From Octopus sinensis (lineage: Eukaryota): a stretch of DNA of 64,000 bases. Positions within the stretch are counted from its first letter, which is position 1; each line of letters opens with the position of its first letter. A program made the translations under genes and the position numbers. The stretch covers positions 43,462,001 to 43,526,000 of the forward strand of contig NC_043010.1 of NCBI RefSeq assembly GCF_006345805.1, in the 5' to 3' direction. Shown here one piece after another: positions 37,007 through 52,303 of the stretch. Below the pieces are notes generated by a model. It ran no database searches, had not been told where the DNA came from, and worked only from the letters and a program-made list of their open reading frames with translations.

Positions 37007-39094
37007 CACACACACACACACACACACACACACTTTTTTGTCAAATGAAAATAAGAGAGAAATCAGCTTTCCTTTCATTAACACCACCAGTAACAGACAG
37101 ATGCTGCACATTCATCACCTTGTTGGGAAAAAGTTTGCTTGAAAGAGTTATGCGACCCAAAAGGGAAAGTTTTTTTGCCACACCTCTTTAGCAATGAGTG
37201 TGAAAGGAGGAAGATTATATATCTCTTCATTGCCAAGAATGGGGGAACATTTCTTTATGCCTTCAAGGGAACAATTGCAGTTTTCCCTAAACGAGATGTG
37301 GAATGATATCTCCTCTACTGGTCAGGGTAGAAATTATAGGGCCTTGTGCCTAGTTTTCAAAACTGATGAAGAGGGGAAGTGTAAGGCACACTGGTGCTAC
37401 AGATATATAAGTAAGGATCATTTGAGAGTTTTCTATTCTGAAGAACTTGAGAAACAGTGGAAAGGAGACCAGCTGAACCAACAACAACAGCAAGTCCCAG
37501 AACAATTTTCAAAGTACCACCAGTTGCACCACTGCTTGCAACTCTGAGGATTACTGAAAATAATTTCACCATCAGTCCCAGAAGCTGCCAATCTAGGACC
37601 ACACCCCAAGCATTTTATTTTTAACTGTCCCTGATAGTTTCCCACTTTTCTCTAGTTTTTATCACCTCATCATTATTGCAGAGCAATGGGGCAGAACTGC
37701 AGCTCAGAGATTTTGACTTGTCATGTTCTGGCATATGAGACACCTGGGCTTCTCAGTATCCTACTTCATTAACAGCCTCTGGTGCTGATGGTACTGAAAG
37801 TGAAACAATTTTGTTTGCTTTCCCTGACTATCCTTGGGACTACATTCCAGTGCTACTCTCAAAATTGCAGTTGCAGAAGTAGTCATAATTTTCACTTCAG
37901 TGACCTACTGTTGTCTTATTCTTAATCATCTTTGAAGCAGAAAGTTCTCAGTGGCCTTTACCTCTACACATGTAGAAACTATGCAGCAGCAATTTGGTTG
38001 ACCTCTTTACTCCTTTAATGGATTTCAACTCCAGTATATCTTACGGTCATTAAGAGTCATCTTGACCTAGAGGTCCATGCAGATCCATCCAGCTATTTGT
38101 TGTGAATCATCTCCACACTCACCACATCGTTGTTGCCCTGAGGTGAAGATAAACCAATGATTAATATCCATATCAGTATCTCTGGTTGTGATCCTCTTGT
38201 ATTCCTAAGACCCATATTTGGCAGTAATAGCTTGTGTGCCACTATGTACTACACCAGTTTTACTTGTCTCTCCTCTGTCTCTTCACATGATTCCCATTCT
38301 TAAAGACCAGCAGACACTTCTGTATATTCTGCTTTGGTCAGGGGAGCACAGTCTGCCACACATTAGTCAGAACTTCCTTCAGATTTTCTTTTGAGGGCAT
38401 ATGGTAACCTTCCCCATTGTTTCAAAAAACAGAGGTATGCTATCTTCTATCTCATCCTTTCCACTATCTGTTTCAACATACCCCGTCCATTCCTTCTCCT
38501 TTTCACTGAGCTGGCTCAAATCAAGTTGCTCATTTTGTCCCACATTTATAAAAGATAGACTGTGTTGTTTGTGGTGGTGATACTAGTGGTAATGATGTTG
38601 CCATTGTTTGTACTTTTCCTTTCAGAATAGTATTTTTAATACTGTTCTTATTGTCTTCCATTGTACAAAATTAAGTGTTTAAGCTTCAAGCTGTCTCTTT
38701 GATCTGTTACATCATCTGGTTTTGTTTTGTTTGTTTTTTATCTACCTTGAAATTTTGTTTTTGAATTTGTCTCTTTTTTCAAATTTTGGGGATATGTTTA
38801 TGTTATTGAGGCTACTGCTACCACAATTGATGTAAACATCTCTTCCTGCTACTTATAGCCATCTTGCAATGCATATAAAATATTGTAAATGACTATTTAC
38901 CAAAAATAGTTAAACATCTAATGACAAACCTTTCTGCTATCCCAGTTAATAGGGATGACTCTCAAACAATCCAAAAGTTAAAACTAGAACAAAAATATTT
39001 CTTGTCCTCATAAAGTAATTCAGTTTCAAATTATTTTTCACAGAACTCTCTCATCTCAGAGGCATCCATTTTCTTCAGCATAATAATAATAATG

Positions 39095-39157
<63 letters not shown>

Positions 39158-39915
39158 GTAATAAGGGGCAAGCACTGTAAAGTTCCTTATAATTTAAATT
39201 CACGAAATGATTTTGATTCCTGATCAAAGCTATTTTTTCACTTCCCTGATACTATGCATGCTCTTAGGAAAGACACAACCATCACATATGTTCATTATCC
39301 CTTTCTTAAAAATAAAAACAAAATAGAGAGCCTTTATGCCTTGTCAAAGAAAATTAATAACAATAGTAACAATATTCTTTATGATAATAAATACTAATGT
39401 TTTCTCCAGAAATCTTGAAAATGTAACTCAGATTCCCAAAATGCTGAATTCCAAAAGTTTTATTTGCAAAATGCTTCGAAATTAATTTTAATGAAGAGAT
39501 GTTTTGTACGGTTTTGTGCGGGACGAAATAAATTTTTCAGGGATGGGATTTTTTTCCCCAATTTATTATTTTTATTTGTTGTCACTATAGGAGGGTGTCA
39601 TGGAGTAAAATCAAAGCAAGGAAAACATAAAGATTTTTTTTTTTTATAAAATATGCAAATGAATATATACAAAAAACTTCAGACCCACTCCAAATAAAAT
39701 TGCTGTATTGATAAAAGAGAAAAATATATGAATATAAACACAACCCTAACACACCTCTCAAAAATATGAATTTCACTCTATTTTACTTTACAAACAAAGC
39801 CTTCCTATCTTGGTTCAATGAATTTATTGTAGCTTGCTTTACAAAATCTTTATAACATTTCTTCCACTTGCATCATTTTCAAAAATTGATATATATGTAT
39901 ATACATGCATATATA

Positions 39916-39972
<57 letters not shown>

Positions 39973-40021
39973 ATATATATATACATACATACATATATAT
40001 ATATATATAGATACATACATA

Positions 40022-40072
<51 letters not shown>

Positions 40073-40435
40073 TATATACATATATACGTACATACATACA
40101 TACATATATATAATATAAATAACATATATATATCATTCATTCATTCATAAATATAAATGCACATACACGAATGTGTGTGTGTGTATATAGTTATATATCT
40201 ATAAATATATACATATAATATATTATTATTATATTGCATTATATTATATCACAAAGGGTCAGTTTCTACTGCAAGAGGAAACTTATAAGTAACTGTTACC
40301 CTTTACAATATAAAATATGAGAATCCATTCTATATTTTGTATCAAATTCTACATTTGATAATGTTTATTCACAGTATAACAAACAACCATAAATGTTATG
40401 TATCTCAAACATTCACAATAATACACACATGCATA

Positions 40436-40491
<56 letters not shown>

Positions 40492-40578
40492 TGTAGGTAT
40501 GTATGTATGTATATATATATATATGTGTGTGTGTGTGTATGTATGTGTGTATATATATGTATATATATATATATCTAT

Positions 40579-40647
<69 letters not shown>

Positions 40648-40744
40648 ATGTGTGTATGTGTGTATGTGTGTAGGTATGTATATGTGTATATGTGTGTGTG
40701 TGTGTATGTATGTGTGTATATATATGTATATATATATATGTAAT

Positions 40745-41610
40745 ATTGGTTTCAAATTTTTAGCAAAAAAACCAGCAGTTTTGGAGGCAGAGCATAGTTG
40801 ACTATATTAACCCCAGTATTTAAATGTTACTTATTTTATCAACGCTAAAAGGATGAAAGGCAAAATTTCAACTCAGAATGCTAAGACAAGGAAATGTCAC
40901 TAAACATTTTGCCTAATGTACTAACAATTCTGCCAGTTTGCTGAATATTAATATTATGATTAATGGTTAAGGCAGCAAGCTGGATGAATGCTTGGTGGCA
41001 TTTCTTCCATTTCTTTATGTTCTGAGTTCATATTCTGCCAAGGTCAGCTTTGCCCTTCAACCTTTTAGAGTTGATAAAATAAGTATCAACTGGACACTGC
41101 GGCCAATGTAATCAACTAACCTCCACCCCTACAATTGCTGGCTTTGTACCAAAATTTGAAAGCATTATTATTCAGATGATTATTATTATTATTATTACTA
41201 AGGTGGTAAACTGGCAGAATCACTATGCAGTGAACAAAATGCTTTGTAGTATTTCTTCCAGAGCTTTACATTCAGAGTTCAAATTCCACAAAGGTTATTT
41301 TTTCCTGTTTTGGGGGTCACTAAAATAAGTATCACTTGACCTCTGTCCCCCAAAAGTTGCCAGCTTCATGCCGAAAATTGAAACCATTATTGTGATTATT
41401 ATGATTATTACTACTACTACTAAGGTAGAATCATTAGCACATTGGGTAAAATGCTTAGTGGCATCTTTGCATTTTGAGTTCAAACTCTGCCAAGGTCAAC
41501 TTTGCCTTTCATACTTTCAGGATCAATAAATTAATCCAATGTAAACCATTTACCCACTCACCAGAAATTGTACTAAAATCTGAAAGCATTATTATTATTA
41601 TTACTACTTA
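40745..41610. mobile_element. Cluster of ~4 decayed family B SINEs (first minus, then three plus)
   Basis: Repeated GAGTTCA.AT/CT.C..CAAGGT B-box/core segments and CCAAAATTTGAAA.CATTATT tails. Confidence 0.65.
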
Positions 41611-41916
41611 TATTTTGGTCAAGTCAGTCCCTTGCAACTCTGGGGTTTTGCCTGTGTTTTCACAAGGTGACCATGAAAGTTATGACTTCAGAAAAGAGAC
41701 TGATTTGGCCAACATAAAAATAGTTTTAATCTCTACTATAGTATGGAGTATTCATTCTTCCAACAGTCAACACTAAACAAGTATATATATAAGTCTAACT
41801 ATTTATATATATATATATGACAAAAAACAGACTAAATGAGTGTTCTATTAAAATATGTCATTTATATATATGTAAGCTGTCCTCACAGCCTTCCTGCATT
41901 GGCGAATTCCCTTACT

Positions 41917-42002
<86 letters not shown>

Positions 42003-42018
42003 TGCATGTATTTATGTG

Positions 42019-42054
<36 letters not shown>

Positions 42055-42730
42055 TGTATATTTATAGTAAAGGCTATTTGCCAACATAATGTGGAGTGGC
42101 TGTCATGGAAGGGGCAATGTTACTGTTGTTTAGCCACAAGAAACATCATTTCTAGCTGGCTATACAACACAATATCTGTGTCCTTATATTTTCAAACAGG
42201 TAGTTCAGCATACATATTAGTCACATATAAAAAAAGGCATACATATATTCTTTTGTGTGTGTGCATGTACAATTTCACTATGTAAAATGGCGTAAATGTC
42301 GAGTTGTGTCCCTTGAACACTGAAGTATATGGTCAATGCAACTGACTTTAAAGGTGGTTCTTCAATATGGCCACAATCCAATGACTGAAGCCGGTAAAAG
42401 AATACATCCTCAATAAACATAGAATAACTTGGCAAATTTTAACAATTGTAAACTTCCTTCTAGATTTCATTCTATATTTAGCTTAAAATCAACTCCTTAA
42501 TTCAGCTTTTAAATCTGATGCTAAATGGTATGATGATATGTGTGTCTTTTGTATGGATGATATACAGCATATAAACATAAAAATACACACACACACACAC
42601 ACATATGCATACATAAACACACGCATTTACTTATTTTATTTATTTATTCATCTGTATACATATATACGTATGTTTTAATATATATACATACATATGTATG
42701 TGTATATGTTTACACATCTATTTATATACA

Positions 42731-42771
<41 letters not shown>

Positions 42772-42873
42772 GTTTATATATATATATATATTTAGATATA
42801 TATATGTATGTATATAGATGTATATGTTTGTTTGTGTGTGTGTGGGTGTGGGTGTATGCATATAGATACATAT

Positions 42874-42918
<45 letters not shown>

Positions 42919-44127
42919 TATACATATGTAATGTGTGTATATGTATGTATATATATATATATATATCTACATGCATACATATGTACGTTCATACATGCAC
43001 ACAAACACGCACACACACACACACACACATAAATGTACATGTACCTATATATTTCATGAGATTCTATTCAAGATCAACATTCTACACATCAATGACAAAA
43101 GTATATACACTACCGTATGTATGTATGCATGTATGTATGTATGTATGCATGTATGTATGTATGTATGTATTATGTATGTATGTATGTATGCATGTATGTA
43201 TGTATGTATGTATTATGTATGTATGTATGTATGCATGTATGTATGTATGTATGTATTATGTAATGTATGTATGTATGCATGCATGTATGTATTTATGTAT
43301 GTATGCATGCATGTATGTATGTGTGTATGTATGTATGTATGTATGTATGTATGTATGTATGTATGTATGTATGTATGTATGTATGTATGTATGTAGACAT
43401 GTATGTAGACATGTATTACATATGCAGCTACATGTAAATTGATGCATACCTGACAACTGTTATGGATTTGAATCCATTTACAGAATTTCACATGTCTTTG
43501 GCAGAGATTGCTTTTATCATTCCAAAAGAAGGAAAAGAAATACTATTATAGCTGATGATCAAGTTAAAATGACTTCAGATGGAGCTGACTAGGAATACTA
43601 AAAAATCTTTATTAAATATCTTTAAAAGTAAGACTATCTTACATGCTGGCTGCTGGCTTTCTCTGACTGATACACCTACAGCAATTTCAGTCAGCTTTTC
43701 TTTCTGCTTTTTCCCACGATGGAATTTATGCATCTTTGTGCAGAAATATTGAGTATGGATTAAAATCTGGTGTTAAAACACATATAATGTGAATATGTGT
43801 CTGATTAAAAAGAATACAATATTGGCAGACATTAGTACTAAGTCCACTACTTGAATATATATAGATAATTGCATTGCTTTTGTATTCATCACAGTTTAAA
43901 CTATTAATAGTTTCACAAGATTACATACAAATGCATACACATACACACACATACACACACACACATACATGCATGCAAATGTATGTGTGAGTGTATTATG
44001 TGTGTATATGGATATATATATATATGTGTGTATATACATATGACACACAGACACATATGTATGTGTATGTGTGTATATATATATATACACACATATACAC
44101 ATATATACACATATGTGTGTGTGTGTA

Positions 44128-44158
<31 letters not shown>

Positions 44159-44224
44159 TGTATGTATGTTTGTCTATTAGTTTGTCAAGTGTGAAATTTG
44201 TAGAAAAGAAAAAAAAAGTTTGCT

Positions 44225-44685
44225 AATGTTTTATAAATACAAGGAATAGTTTTATTCATCAAAGTATGCAGCCATATTGTCAATACATTTTACCATTTCA
44301 AAATGGCAGTTTGGCCAGCCCATAATTATAGAAGCCTGGTAATCTAGAGTCAATAAAATCGTGGAAGGCCTGTTTTACAGCATCGTCGGAATTAAATTTT
44401 TTTCCTATTAAAAATGTTATCCAAATTAGAATGAAATGCTCCATTAATATTTCGAGCGGTCTGTGATGCTGTATTTCCAAGAAAGAACTCATATTTCAAA
44501 ACTGTACGAATTTCCAACTTTACCATCTCTAAACAAAAATAGCAAAAAGCGATTTATAAATACTTTATAAAGTGCAAAATGAGTTAGAATAAAGAAATAG
44601 ATGTGCCAGCTTTCTAATAAAAAATAAAGATTGTCAAAATATAATAATGGTGCAAAATGAGCAGCTTTTATACTTGACAACCTAA
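44225..44685 (-). mobile_element. Mariner remnant with one TIR
   Basis: TIR-like TTAGGTTGTCAAGTATAAA after TA; N-term MVKLEIRTVLKYEF fused to C-term GKKFNSDDAVKQAFHDFIDSR..GFY...KCID...YFDE*. Confidence 0.8.
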
Positions 44686-44717
44686 TATATATATATATGT
44701 ATATGTATGTATGTGTG

Positions 44718-44770
<53 letters not shown>

Positions 44771-44805
44771 ATATGTATATGTATACATACATATATATCT
44801 ATATC

Positions 44806-44836
<31 letters not shown>

Positions 44837-46774
44837 TATATATGGGGGTGGGGAATAGTCATGGATGAGTGTGTGTGTATCTTGTTATCATAACATCACA
44901 TATTTGTAAATGAATATCATTTTCCTACAGGTAGCGTAGTTTGCATCCAATCTTCTGGGAAAAGATGTTGAGTCTTGGGAAAACAGATGATGGATGGTGA
45001 CAGGAATAATATCTGTCTGGCCATAGAAAATTTGACTCAATAAATTCTGATAAGAAAAGTGTATGTTAATATAATGAATGAAGCATAAAATGCAAGCCTG
45101 GATATTCTTGAAAGCATGGCTGGATAGCTCAGAAGTCCGTTTCAAAGCCATGTGGTTTCAGATTCGTTGCCAATACATGGCACCATGGAGAAATGTCTTC
45201 TGCTGTAAAACCTTCACTTGAACAATGAATCTTGAGTGAAATTGGCAGATGGAAATTATATTGAAGTTCATTGTGTGTGTGTGTGTGTTGGTGTGTTCCC
45301 ATCTATATTTTGACATGCTGCATCAAAACAATGTCACTGATATCACCAGATAAGTAAGTGTCATTGCTTACATCTGTTGCAAAGTATATCTGGCTTGTTG
45401 GGACTTTTGTTATTTGAAAGACCAATGAAATGAGTATCTTATTACCTCATTTTGAAGCAAGTAAGGTTAGAGTAAGGTTAGAAAAGAGGAAGGATATATA
45501 GCAATAGAATACTGCCTCAAAAATTCTCATTGAACCCATGCCGACATGGAGAAAGCAGACATAAAACAATGACATTGATATACCTATATATATATATATA
45601 GCGAGAAGAGGAAGAGAGAGAGAGTGTACACACAATTCTTGCAAACTGGTGTGACTGAGGCAGCTGATTCTCATCTTGAACATTTGTACATCAATGTCTG
45701 CTCAAAGGCTTGCAACAATATGAAGTAACTAACTTTATATTTTATAATATTATATATATTACATACATAGATATATAGATGCATACACAAATATATATAT
45801 ATATATTTGAAGGAATAAAATCCAAAACTTACAAAGAAAAAAAATTCAATTTAGAAATACTAAATCAAATTTCACACAATATAATATATATATAAAATAT
45901 TAGAAAAAACCACCTTTTATCAATTCAAAATGAACAATTAAATTACACCATCTAGAAAATTACATATAATAGAAATATTAAAATTAAAATAACAAATGTC
46001 AATGATTAAGTAAATTGCAAAAAAATAATAATAAAAACGTATATAATTTGTAGAATATATATATATCATTTAATTCATATAATACATTTTCCTCTGAAGC
46101 AACACACACATACACACACACACACACTTCAAAATTGCTAAAAGCCTAAAAGAAGAAAGTAACTAATAAAACAACAAAAATAGTAACAACTACTGTAATA
46201 AGAATAATAGTTATTCCCAATAAAAGCACAACATCCAAAACACGATTGATTCCAAAATAACAAAAGATATTGATGAACTTTTAACTAGTTCATTCTGTTT
46301 AAAGCTGGAAGAGGAAGTCAAGTGCCAAATGTTTGGTATATATAACTCCATATATTTTATGCCAAATCAAACACACTCTATCATATAAACACTAAACATT
46401 GATCTTAACTTTGATACAGATTGTTATTAGTCAGTATCATCAAGACTTATGTATATACATGTGGTGATGTATGAATGTGTGAGTGTGTGTGTCTGTGCAT
46501 GCATGCATGTGTGTGATATACTTTCAAAAGAGATAAAAGCAGCCACTGCCAGTTTAGTAGAGTTTATTATAGTACAAACATTAGTAAGTACCATATGAAA
46601 AAAATAAGGGATATACATTAATTGATAAATTTTCTACAACTAAGGAAAAGTCATGTTACTAGTAATTTCAAACTAGTTGTTTCGAATATACAAATCAGCC
46701 AAGCCTGATGAAAATAAATGCAACTATCTTGTGTGCCACTGAGTGATTTTGAAAATACTAGTAACATGAGGTAA

Positions 46775-46820
<46 letters not shown>

Positions 46821-46898
46821 ATTTTATAGAAGGAGCTTCTACAGGACTAGAACTGAGTACCTTATTTACTGTGGTTAACCCCGACTCAACCCGGGACC

Positions 46899-46940
<42 letters not shown>

Positions 46941-46947
46941 TAGATAT

Positions 46948-46982
<35 letters not shown>

Positions 46983-47015
46983 TATATATATATACATATA
47001 TATATAGATATATAT

Positions 47016-47053
<38 letters not shown>

Positions 47054-47918
47054 TCATATTTTGAGTTCTATTTTTCCTGTTTGCACCACCATAAATATAT
47101 ATATATATATTAATAAAAATTTACAGTATTATTGGCCATGACAGCCAATCTTACCAATCAGTTGTTAGATTATAGCCATTTCCATAATATGATGTGTACA
47201 TCAGAGCCGACACGTATGGAAAACGCACACCAACTCCTCTTTGTTTTGGACTATATATATATATACACACACACGTGCGCGCATGCACACAAATACAGAT
47301 AAACCTAAAGTGATATATTCTGAAATATGGCATCAACAACCAATTACAATGAAGGCTTACTTTGAAGTATAATGCATAAATGCATGTGTGTGTTTGTGTC
47401 TGTATATGCATGTGTATGGATGTGTGCAACAGTTACAAGTCACAGGAGTACAATAAGGTATCTTGAATACCAAACTATAAAAAATTAAATTTCTGAACAA
47501 TTAAAAATAACTATAATTATAACATATATATTTTAACAATACATATAGGTGCATGCATGCATACATATGATGATTGAATATGTTTTGCATTACAAAGGAG
47601 GAAAAGAAAATAACCTATCCAAATAGGTGCTGCAGAATTCATTTACTTGAAAACAGCTGATGAATTCCTCTGCTACTACTTGGAGATGTTACTGACACGC
47701 AGTCACTCAGGCAAGATAAAGACTAATGTAGACTACTGTTGAAGAGTAGTTGTATCAATTCTCATTGATCAATAAGTCATATTTGCATGATCGTGAACAC
47801 AGCTTCAAAGCTAACATAGGTACTTGAATTTCCTTGTAGCTGTACCTATCACCGTGTTGCATACTGCAAAAATTGGCTCAACAAAGAACAGGAGAATAAA
47901 TATTTAGATATTCTAGAA

Positions 47919-48137
47919 CAGTGCTTTTCAAACTTTTTGCTGGAGCGGAACCCCAAGGAAACATTCCACTGGCTCGAGGAATCCCTGTGCAATAATTTAA
48001 TAGTCTTATGCACACATATCTGCACAGGAGAATTAAAAATTACTGCCGATTTTAGAAGTTTTGTAACTTCTTGCGGAACCCCTGGACTGTACTGGCGGAA
48101 CCCAAAGGTTCCGCGGAACCCTGGTTGAAAACCACTG
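47919..48137. mobile_element. hAT (Charlie-like) MITE (219 bp)
   Basis: TIR CAGTGCTTTTCAA / TTGAAAACCACTG; 8-bp TSD TTCTAGAA / TTCAAGAA; subterminal GCGGAACCC repeats. Confidence 0.88.
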
Positions 48138-48664
48138 TTCAAGAAATTTATTCCTTACTAGTCTATAACCATTCTCTTTTAGATGATCGTCTTTTTCAGC
48201 ATCTGCTTATAGCCTCTCACAGTTACTAAATAGTTTTGCTAATTTTTCTTTCAATCTCTATTATGTCTCCACCTAAACACTTTATCACTACTAGCACATT
48301 TTCTTCTTGTGTGCCTTTATGTTGTTTCGTCTATACTTTATGCAAGCTATTGGTGTTCTCTCAGTTTCTTTCACACCTCTCCATGAACATCTTAATATTC
48401 AATATTCCATATATGTTTAGCAGAAATATCTCCTAATAGTAAGCTGAACCACTGCACCATGGCTTATTTTTCTTTTTTACTTTTTACTTTAAACTCTAAT
48501 ACAATAGTATCATGCTGCACATTTTTAAATTCTATTCCTTACAAATTTACTTGATCTACTACTAGGGCTCTCTGCTGATAACTATGTCCATTTATACAGT
48601 CATTCCCTTTGAATATATTATATTTAAACAAATATAAGATTAATTGTTTCCATTTGTGGAAGTG

Positions 48665-48710
<46 letters not shown>

Positions 48711-49204
48711 AGATATAAAGGGATTAATAAATCCAGGCAGATATCTATAATGCACTCAGTGTTAAATGAATTTGGTTAACTATATCCAACAATCAGATAC
48801 CAATAAATACAAGTAGAATAAATATCCAAGGTAATTCTTTATGTATAACAAGTAAATCCAAATATTGCTTCGAAGAATTTTAAGAAATTCAAAGTATAAG
48901 ACAACTAGAGTAAGAATGGAGAAAAACACATCTTTAATTGCTGATTACACCATACATTACCAACAATAATTTCTATTGTGACAGCATATTTAGATGCAGA
49001 GAAAAAGGTACAAAATACCTGTTCAATTAACATATTCAAAAATATATGCTAGTACAATGTTATCAAGGCAATTCAAAATTGGTTAAATTCAAAGTGAACC
49101 AAGAAAATATCTCCAATACATGAACAGACATAAAAAGAACATTAAGAATAAAAATGATATTCTAATATTAATATCACTATATCACAGTATTGAACAGACT
49201 ATTC

Positions 49205-49469
49205 AATGCTGTTATACACCACTGGTCACAATGCATCCCACATTGTTTTAGCTTTCCAATGATGCCACTTCACTGGCCAGGAAGGCAGGCCAAACATTCC
49301 AACTGAACAGAATGCCAGTCTGCCATAGGGTAACCCATTTACACTGATTGGTTTGGAGCAATATAAAGTGAAGTGTCTTACTCAAGATCACAATGTACAA
49401 CCAGTCTAGAACTCAAAACTTGATCTCATAATCATGAGTGCAACACATAGCTACTAGGCCCAGCACCAT

Positions 49470-49470
<1 letters not shown>
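49205..49470 (-). mobile_element. Decayed tRNA-derived SINE of a fourth type
   Basis: CCCATTTACA..GA.TGG..TGGAGCAA...GAAGTGTCTT.CTCAAG..CACAA core and a tRNA-like head on the minus strand. Confidence 0.55.
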
Positions 49471-49503
<33 letters not shown>

Positions 49504-50938
49504 ATAAAATATTAGGGAATAAATCCAAACTTACAGGGAAAAATCAGATTTAGGATTAAATCCAATTTTATAGTAAAATATATTATATTATATTATATTA
49601 AATTAGAGATAAAACCACTATTAGGCAAATCAAACAATGAAAAACATAAGCCAGTACATAAAATTAATTAATTTATATTATTTTAGATATATATCAAAAG
49701 TATTAAAAGTTTAATAAAAGATATATATATATAGAGAGAGAGAGAGAGAGGAAGAGAGAGAGACAGACAGAAAAATAGATAGATACACACATACATGAAT
49801 ACATACACATATACATGTTTATAAGATATGATTGTTGTGTGTGCGTGTGTGTGTGTGTGTGTCTGTGTGTCTGTGTGTGTCTGTGTGTGTGTGTGTGTGT
49901 GCATTTGTGAATGTACATTATATATTTATATACCAAAAGGAGTGAGTAAGGAATTGTTTGATTGATTTTTCCCCATCAGTCTTGAAGTTTGTCAGAAGAC
50001 AATTTTGTGTACATTCTCAATAATAGTGGTGACATTATTTCACACATGCACATAGGAGTTTCATCATATCTGAAGTTCACTCTTCAATATAGGCGCCTAA
50101 AAATACATACATACACATTTTTCTTTTGACCCTTCCCTCTCTCTCTTTCTGTCTGTCTCTCACTCTCATTGAAACATTTTCCCTTTCTTTATTACAACAT
50201 TTTTGCCAAATTTGAGAATATATATTCATTTATCTTTATAAACTCGCTATTATATTCATATTAGCGTGTCCATTGAAGCAATTAAGGTGCTTTGAAAGGG
50301 AATTTAGCATGATTTAAATGTGATTTTTGTACCAAAAATACTGACAACTTAAATTTCTATGAAACTTTATTGTGACTTCAATGTGATTTAATATGAGCTT
50401 TGATATGATTTCAGTTTGTTTTTAGTGTAGCACAAGTTTGATTTTACTGACTGGATTGTTTTATTGAATGGTCCATGGTAGTGGGGTGCATGCATATACA
50501 TGTACACATACACACATTCACAAAACCATGAATACACACAGTGCTACTGCAGTTTGACATCAATCTCAATATTTTTGTCCCTCAATTCAGTGGCAGATTA
50601 AAACAATTCATGGTTATATTCAAATATGAATTAGAAGCAGTGCCAGTGTTATAAACATTATCAAACACACATTGCTTTGCTTGTTCACCAGTAGTTTGCC
50701 ATTTGAAGCAGAAGCGATGACTCTCTCAAAGCACCAGGTGTTAAAACACCTGAAAGTCATAGTCAGGTGAGACAACTTGCCTGGTTAATGTATATAAGAG
50801 AAACTAAATATATTAACAAGTGTGTTAACATATACATCAGTGTTAGCATGTCCCTGTTGACAAACCAACATTCATAGTATTGTTGTAGGGGTTCAAATTA
50901 GAAAGTGTGTAAGTATATGTGCATGTTTGTATGAACTT

Positions 50939-51135
50939 ACATACATTCATGCATACATACATACATACATACATACATACATACATACATACATACATAA
51001 ATACATACAAACATACATAAATACATACATACATACATTCATTCATACATACATACCTACATGCATACATACATACATACATACATACATACATACATAC
51101 ATACATACATACATACATACATACATACATACATA
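50939..51135. repeat. (CATA)n microsatellite; further TA/TATATG tracts at 46779-47055, 52110-52340, 54860-54990, 56440-56880, 63628-63812
   Basis: Direct reading. Confidence 0.95.
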
Positions 51136-51352
51136 AAAATATGAGAGAAAGAAAATGAAATTCACAAGACTCTTTTTCACTATGATTGTTTCGACCCATC
51201 AAGCATTGGTACCTCACAGGTGAGATGCTGTGCAAACAATTGTGGTGCACCATAGGTGCAGATGTGTCTCATCAGACCTGACTTGTCAAAATGTAGCTCA
51301 TTTTTCATTTCCAATTTGCTTATTTGAACAACAGTCCATTTTAGTAGTTGTG
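51135..51352 (-). mobile_element. Possible solo PLE pLTR remnant with decayed hammerhead motif
   Basis: Minus strand: CTGATGA (51275-51269), stem II GACACATC/GATGGGTC (7 of 8 pairs), GAAA, then CAATCATA, which equals CGATCGTA after two CpG transitions. Stem I is not intact. The segment lies between microsatellites. Confidence 0.45.
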
Positions 51353-51755
51353 GTATATATTACATACATACATACATGTATGTGTGTGTGTGTGTGTGAG
51401 AAAGAGAGAGAAAGAGAGTATATATACCTATATCGCTTATATAGATTTTCATTTAGGTTTATGTCTGTATATGTAACTTAGCAAATTTTAAAATGAAAGG
51501 TTTATATTATATCATTTTTTCAGTGTGTATTAGTGGTTGTTGTGTATACATATATACTTATATACTTATATATAAGTATTTTGGATAGAAAAATATAAAT
51601 GAAAACAAAATTTGGTTCTCAGTCTGAAGATTAGATTACGTAGCCAAAGGTTACAAACTTAAGAAGTTGTTTCTGTATAAAAACCATTTCTATCTCTTCT
51701 ATGAATTGAGTTCTTTTTCCTAATTAAAATTATCCATACAGTAACACTGTACACA

Positions 51756-51797
<42 letters not shown>

Positions 51798-52122
51798 CAC
51801 ACACACGCTCACGCACACGCACACACACACATATATGCACATGCACATATATACACATGTACATTTATACTAAGTTATGCATATATGCAGGTTTGCAACT
51901 GTGTCACATTTCAATGCATTTTCATAAAATAAGTTATGTGTGCTGATAGAAGTGCCTGTTTGCATTTTCCACTGTGCATCAAGCAACCTTACTAGCTGTA
52001 TGTTAACATTAGTTTTTTTTAATTTTTAATTATTTTTTTTTCAAAAAAATCAACAGTTGTATTATAGTCAGTACTCTTTAAACAAATCTTTGAGGATTAA
52101 AACTAGGAGGATATATATATAT

Positions 52123-52303
<181 letters not shown>

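Larger units (their letters stand above)
39081..44843. repeat. Microsatellite-dense block: (TAA)n 39081-39163; (TA)/(TATG)/(TG) tracts at 39890-40130, 40432-40740, 41920-42060, 42650-43420, 43925-44170, 44686-44843
   Basis: Direct reading; these tracts account for the YI/MYVC/HT ORFs in the track. Confidence 0.9.

Noticed and set aside
37194-38500. ORFs and possible retroelement remnants downstream of the CDS
   Set aside because: No motif recognised with confidence; short frames with frequent stops.
46818-46900. Short GC-richer island between TA tracts
   Set aside because: Probably a repeat fragment, but too short to classify from this window.
47165-47215. Minus-strand CTGATGT...GAAA
   Set aside because: Core mismatch and no stem I or II pairing.
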